Shown here: positions 60,250 to 64,000 of the stretch, in pieces
How the letters are laid out: the number at the start of each line of letters is the position of its first letter
Position numbering within the stretch: position 1 is the first letter of the stretch
Assembly (NCBI GenBank): GCA_965279375.1
Contig: OZ257156.1
Coordinates: forward strand, 4,416,001-4,480,000
Direction of reading: 5' to 3'
From: Gemmatimonas sp.
GTDB taxonomy: Bacteria; Gemmatimonadota; Gemmatimonadetes; Gemmatimonadales; Gemmatimonadaceae
Length of the DNA: 64,000 nucleotides
Program-made: the position numbers and the translations under genes
Notes under the pieces: generated by a model
Seen by the model: the letters and a program-made list of their open reading frames with translations, nothing else
Databases searched by the model: none
What the model was told of the DNA's origin: nothing

Positions 60250-61454
60250 GCATGGCCGACACGAACGCGCCGATTCTCCCCGGAGCGACTATCGGGTTTC
60301 TCGGCGGGGGCCAGCTCGGACGCATGACCGCCTTCGCTGCGCGGTCGATGGGCTACGACGTGCAGGTGCTCGATCCTGACCCCGCCTGCGCCTCTCGCGC
60401 GGTGGCATCGCGCAGCATCACGGCGCCCTTCAGCGACGTGGCGGCCGCGGTGGAATTGGCCAAGGCCTGCGATGTCGTCACGCTCGAGATCGAGCAGATT
60501 CACCCGGACGTGATGGCCGCGGTGATGCAGCACGCGCCGCTCCGTCCTGGACGCGATGCCGTGTACATCATCCAGGATCGCATCCGACAGAAGGAGTGGC
60601 TGGCCGAGCATGAGTTCCCGCTGGGCGCCTTCGTCGCGGCGCGTTCGGCGGAGGACGTCGCCGAGGCGGTGCGACGCTTTGGCCCATCGATCGCCAAGTC
60701 CACGCACGGCGGATACGACGGTCGCGGACAGGTGCGGCTCGCTGACGCCACGCTCGCGGCCGACGCGTGGAGTTCGCTCGGGGCGCAGCCGTGCGTCGTG
60801 GAGCAGCGCGTCGAGATCGACTATGAGATCTCGGTGATGGTCGCGCGTCGGCCGTCGGGGGAGATCGCGGTCTATCCGCCCTCTCGCAATCACCACACCA
60901 GCGGCATTCTCACCTGGGCCGTGGTGCCGGCCGTCATCACCGAGGAGATGTCGCAGCGCGCGCAAACGCTGGCGGCCGACATCGCGACGACATTGGGTAT
61001 CGTAGGGCTGCTGGCGGTCGAGTGCTTCGTGACGACGCGCGGCGAGTTGCTGGTGAACGAACTCGCACCGCGCCCGCACAACACGTACCACCACAGCGAG
61101 CGCGGCAACGCAACCAGCCAGTTCGAGCAGCTGGTGCGCGCTGTCTGCAACCTGCCGTTAGGCAGCACGGAGCTGCTGGCGCCCGCGTCCATCGTGAATC
61201 TGCTCGGCGACGTGTGGCTGCACGCCGAACCACCGGCCTTCACGGAGGCACTCGACGTGCCGTCGTCGCGTTTGCATTTGTACGGCAAGGCGAGCGCACG
61301 GGCCGGTCGCAAGATGGGCCATCTCTCGTCCACCGGTGCGACGGCGCAGGAAGCTCTCAGCCGTGCGCTGCTCAGCTATCGCATCCTGTCGCCTCACACC
61401 ACGGACCAGTTCGACGTGCACGAGCCGCTGCTGTTGGTTCCGTCTAACGGTTAA
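60246..61454 (+). CDS. purK: N5-CAIR synthase PurK
   Basis: [39 protein letters not shown]. Confidence 0.96.
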   Translation: MSMADTNAPILPGATIGFLGGGQLGRMTAFAARSMGYDVQVLDPDPACASRAVASRSITAPFSDVAAAVELAKACDVVTLEIEQIHPDVMAAVMQHAPLRPGRDAVYIIQDRIRQKEWLAEHEFPLGAFVAARSAEDVAEAVRRFGPSIAKSTHGGYDGRGQVRLADATLAADAWSSLGAQPCVVEQRVEIDYEISVMVARRPSGEIAVYPPSRNHHTSGILTWAVVPAVITEEMSQRAQTLAADIATTLGIVGLLAVECFVTTRGELLVNELAPRPHNTYHHSERGNATSQFEQLVRAVCNLPLGSTELLAPASIVNLLGDVWLHAEPPAFTEALDVPSSRLHLYGKASARAGRKMGHLSSTGATAQEALSRALLSYRILSPHTTDQFDVHEPLLLVPSNG

Positions 61455-61530
61455 CTGCACGAATCGCCCAGCAACTCCCCCGCCCCACTGTCTTCACGCG
61501 CCTTCGCTCTCACCTGCACACGTCAGACTC

Positions 61531-61908
61531 ATGTTTCCACGCGACTTGTACGAGATCATTCACGTCATCGGTATTGCGATGCTGTTCGTGGCCATCGGCG
61601 GCGTTGCCGTGCACGCGGCCAACGGCGGCAGCAAGACCAACACCTCCACGCGCGGCCTCGTCAGCGCGGTGTTCGGCATCGGCTCATTTCTCATTCTGTT
61701 GGGCGGCTTTGGCATGATGGCGCGACTGGGTCTCGTGCGCGGCATGCCGCCCGCGTGGCTGACGGTGAAGATGGTGATCTGGTTCGTGCTCAGCGGCATC
61801 GTGCTTCTCCCCTATCGCAAGCCGGCACTCGCCCGCCCGTTCTTGCTCTTCCTGCCGCTGCTCGCCGGCGTCGCGGTCTACATGGCGGTGTACAAGCCGA
61901 TTTCGTGA
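61531..61908 (+). CDS. Small four-TM membrane protein
   Basis: Four hydrophobic helices; IIHVIG, WLTVK, VYKP terminus. Confidence 0.75.
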   Translation: MFPRDLYEIIHVIGIAMLFVAIGGVAVHAANGGSKTNTSTRGLVSAVFGIGSFLILLGGFGMMARLGLVRGMPPAWLTVKMVIWFVLSGIVLLPYRKPALARPFLLFLPLLAGVAVYMAVYKPIS

Positions 61909-61924
61909 GGCATGTGATCGGGGC

Positions 61925-61953
61925 TTGACCTTTCCGCCCCGGCTGCCGATACT
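61925..61953 (+). promoter_or_regulatory. Sigma70-like promoter of the met operon leader
   Basis: TTGACC-17 nt-GATACT, the same architecture as the tRNA-Asn promoter. Confidence 0.6.
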
Positions 61954-62136
61954 GACTTGTGCGCGGCGAGTTCCCCGATTTGACGGGCCGCGCACCATCG
62001 CCTGAGGCGATGGACATCCGTCTAAGTCGTGGTCCTTGCGGCCCGCGACGAGAAATCGACGCGGGTCGTTTTGTTTTCGCGACCAGCGTGATCGCACCGC
62101 AGCGAAAAAACTGAAGACAAACTGGTGCATCCCGCA

Positions 62137-64000
<1,864 letters not shown>

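Overview
GC-rich bacterial chromosomal segment, mostly housekeeping genes. Gene content and the many Gly-rich exported proteins suggest Gemmatimonadota, which is an inference. It holds about 47 CDS (typA, pdxA, two parvulin PPIases, mfd, lepA, ftsEX-envC, nfo, pckA, uvrA, purEK, metY, partial metX, two TonB-dependent receptors, an M16 protease pair and others), two stand-alone tRNAs (Ile-GAT, Asn-GTT) and a SAM-II-like riboswitch. No integrase, transposase or CRISPR array is visible. Highlights: (1) a translationally coupled 9-gene operon (21153-28890) in which a STAS-kinase / STAS-wHTH pair (CapK/CapS-like), a stand-alone beta-barrel protein and a Cys/Met PLP-fold protein lacking its catalytic lysine sit directly ahead of ftsEX-envC; (2) immediately downstream, an array of palindromic 11-mers with GANTC cores phased exactly 11 bp apart in front of nfo; (3) a CxxC/RAPP (DUF2946/CruR-like) putative arrest-peptide leader ahead of a ZnuD-like receptor; (4) a SAM-II-like aptamer with a terminator and an unexplained structured 5' leader; (5) several apparently leaderless genes; (6) a 55% D/E protein with no basic residues. 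All family calls come from motif recognition by eye, not database searches.
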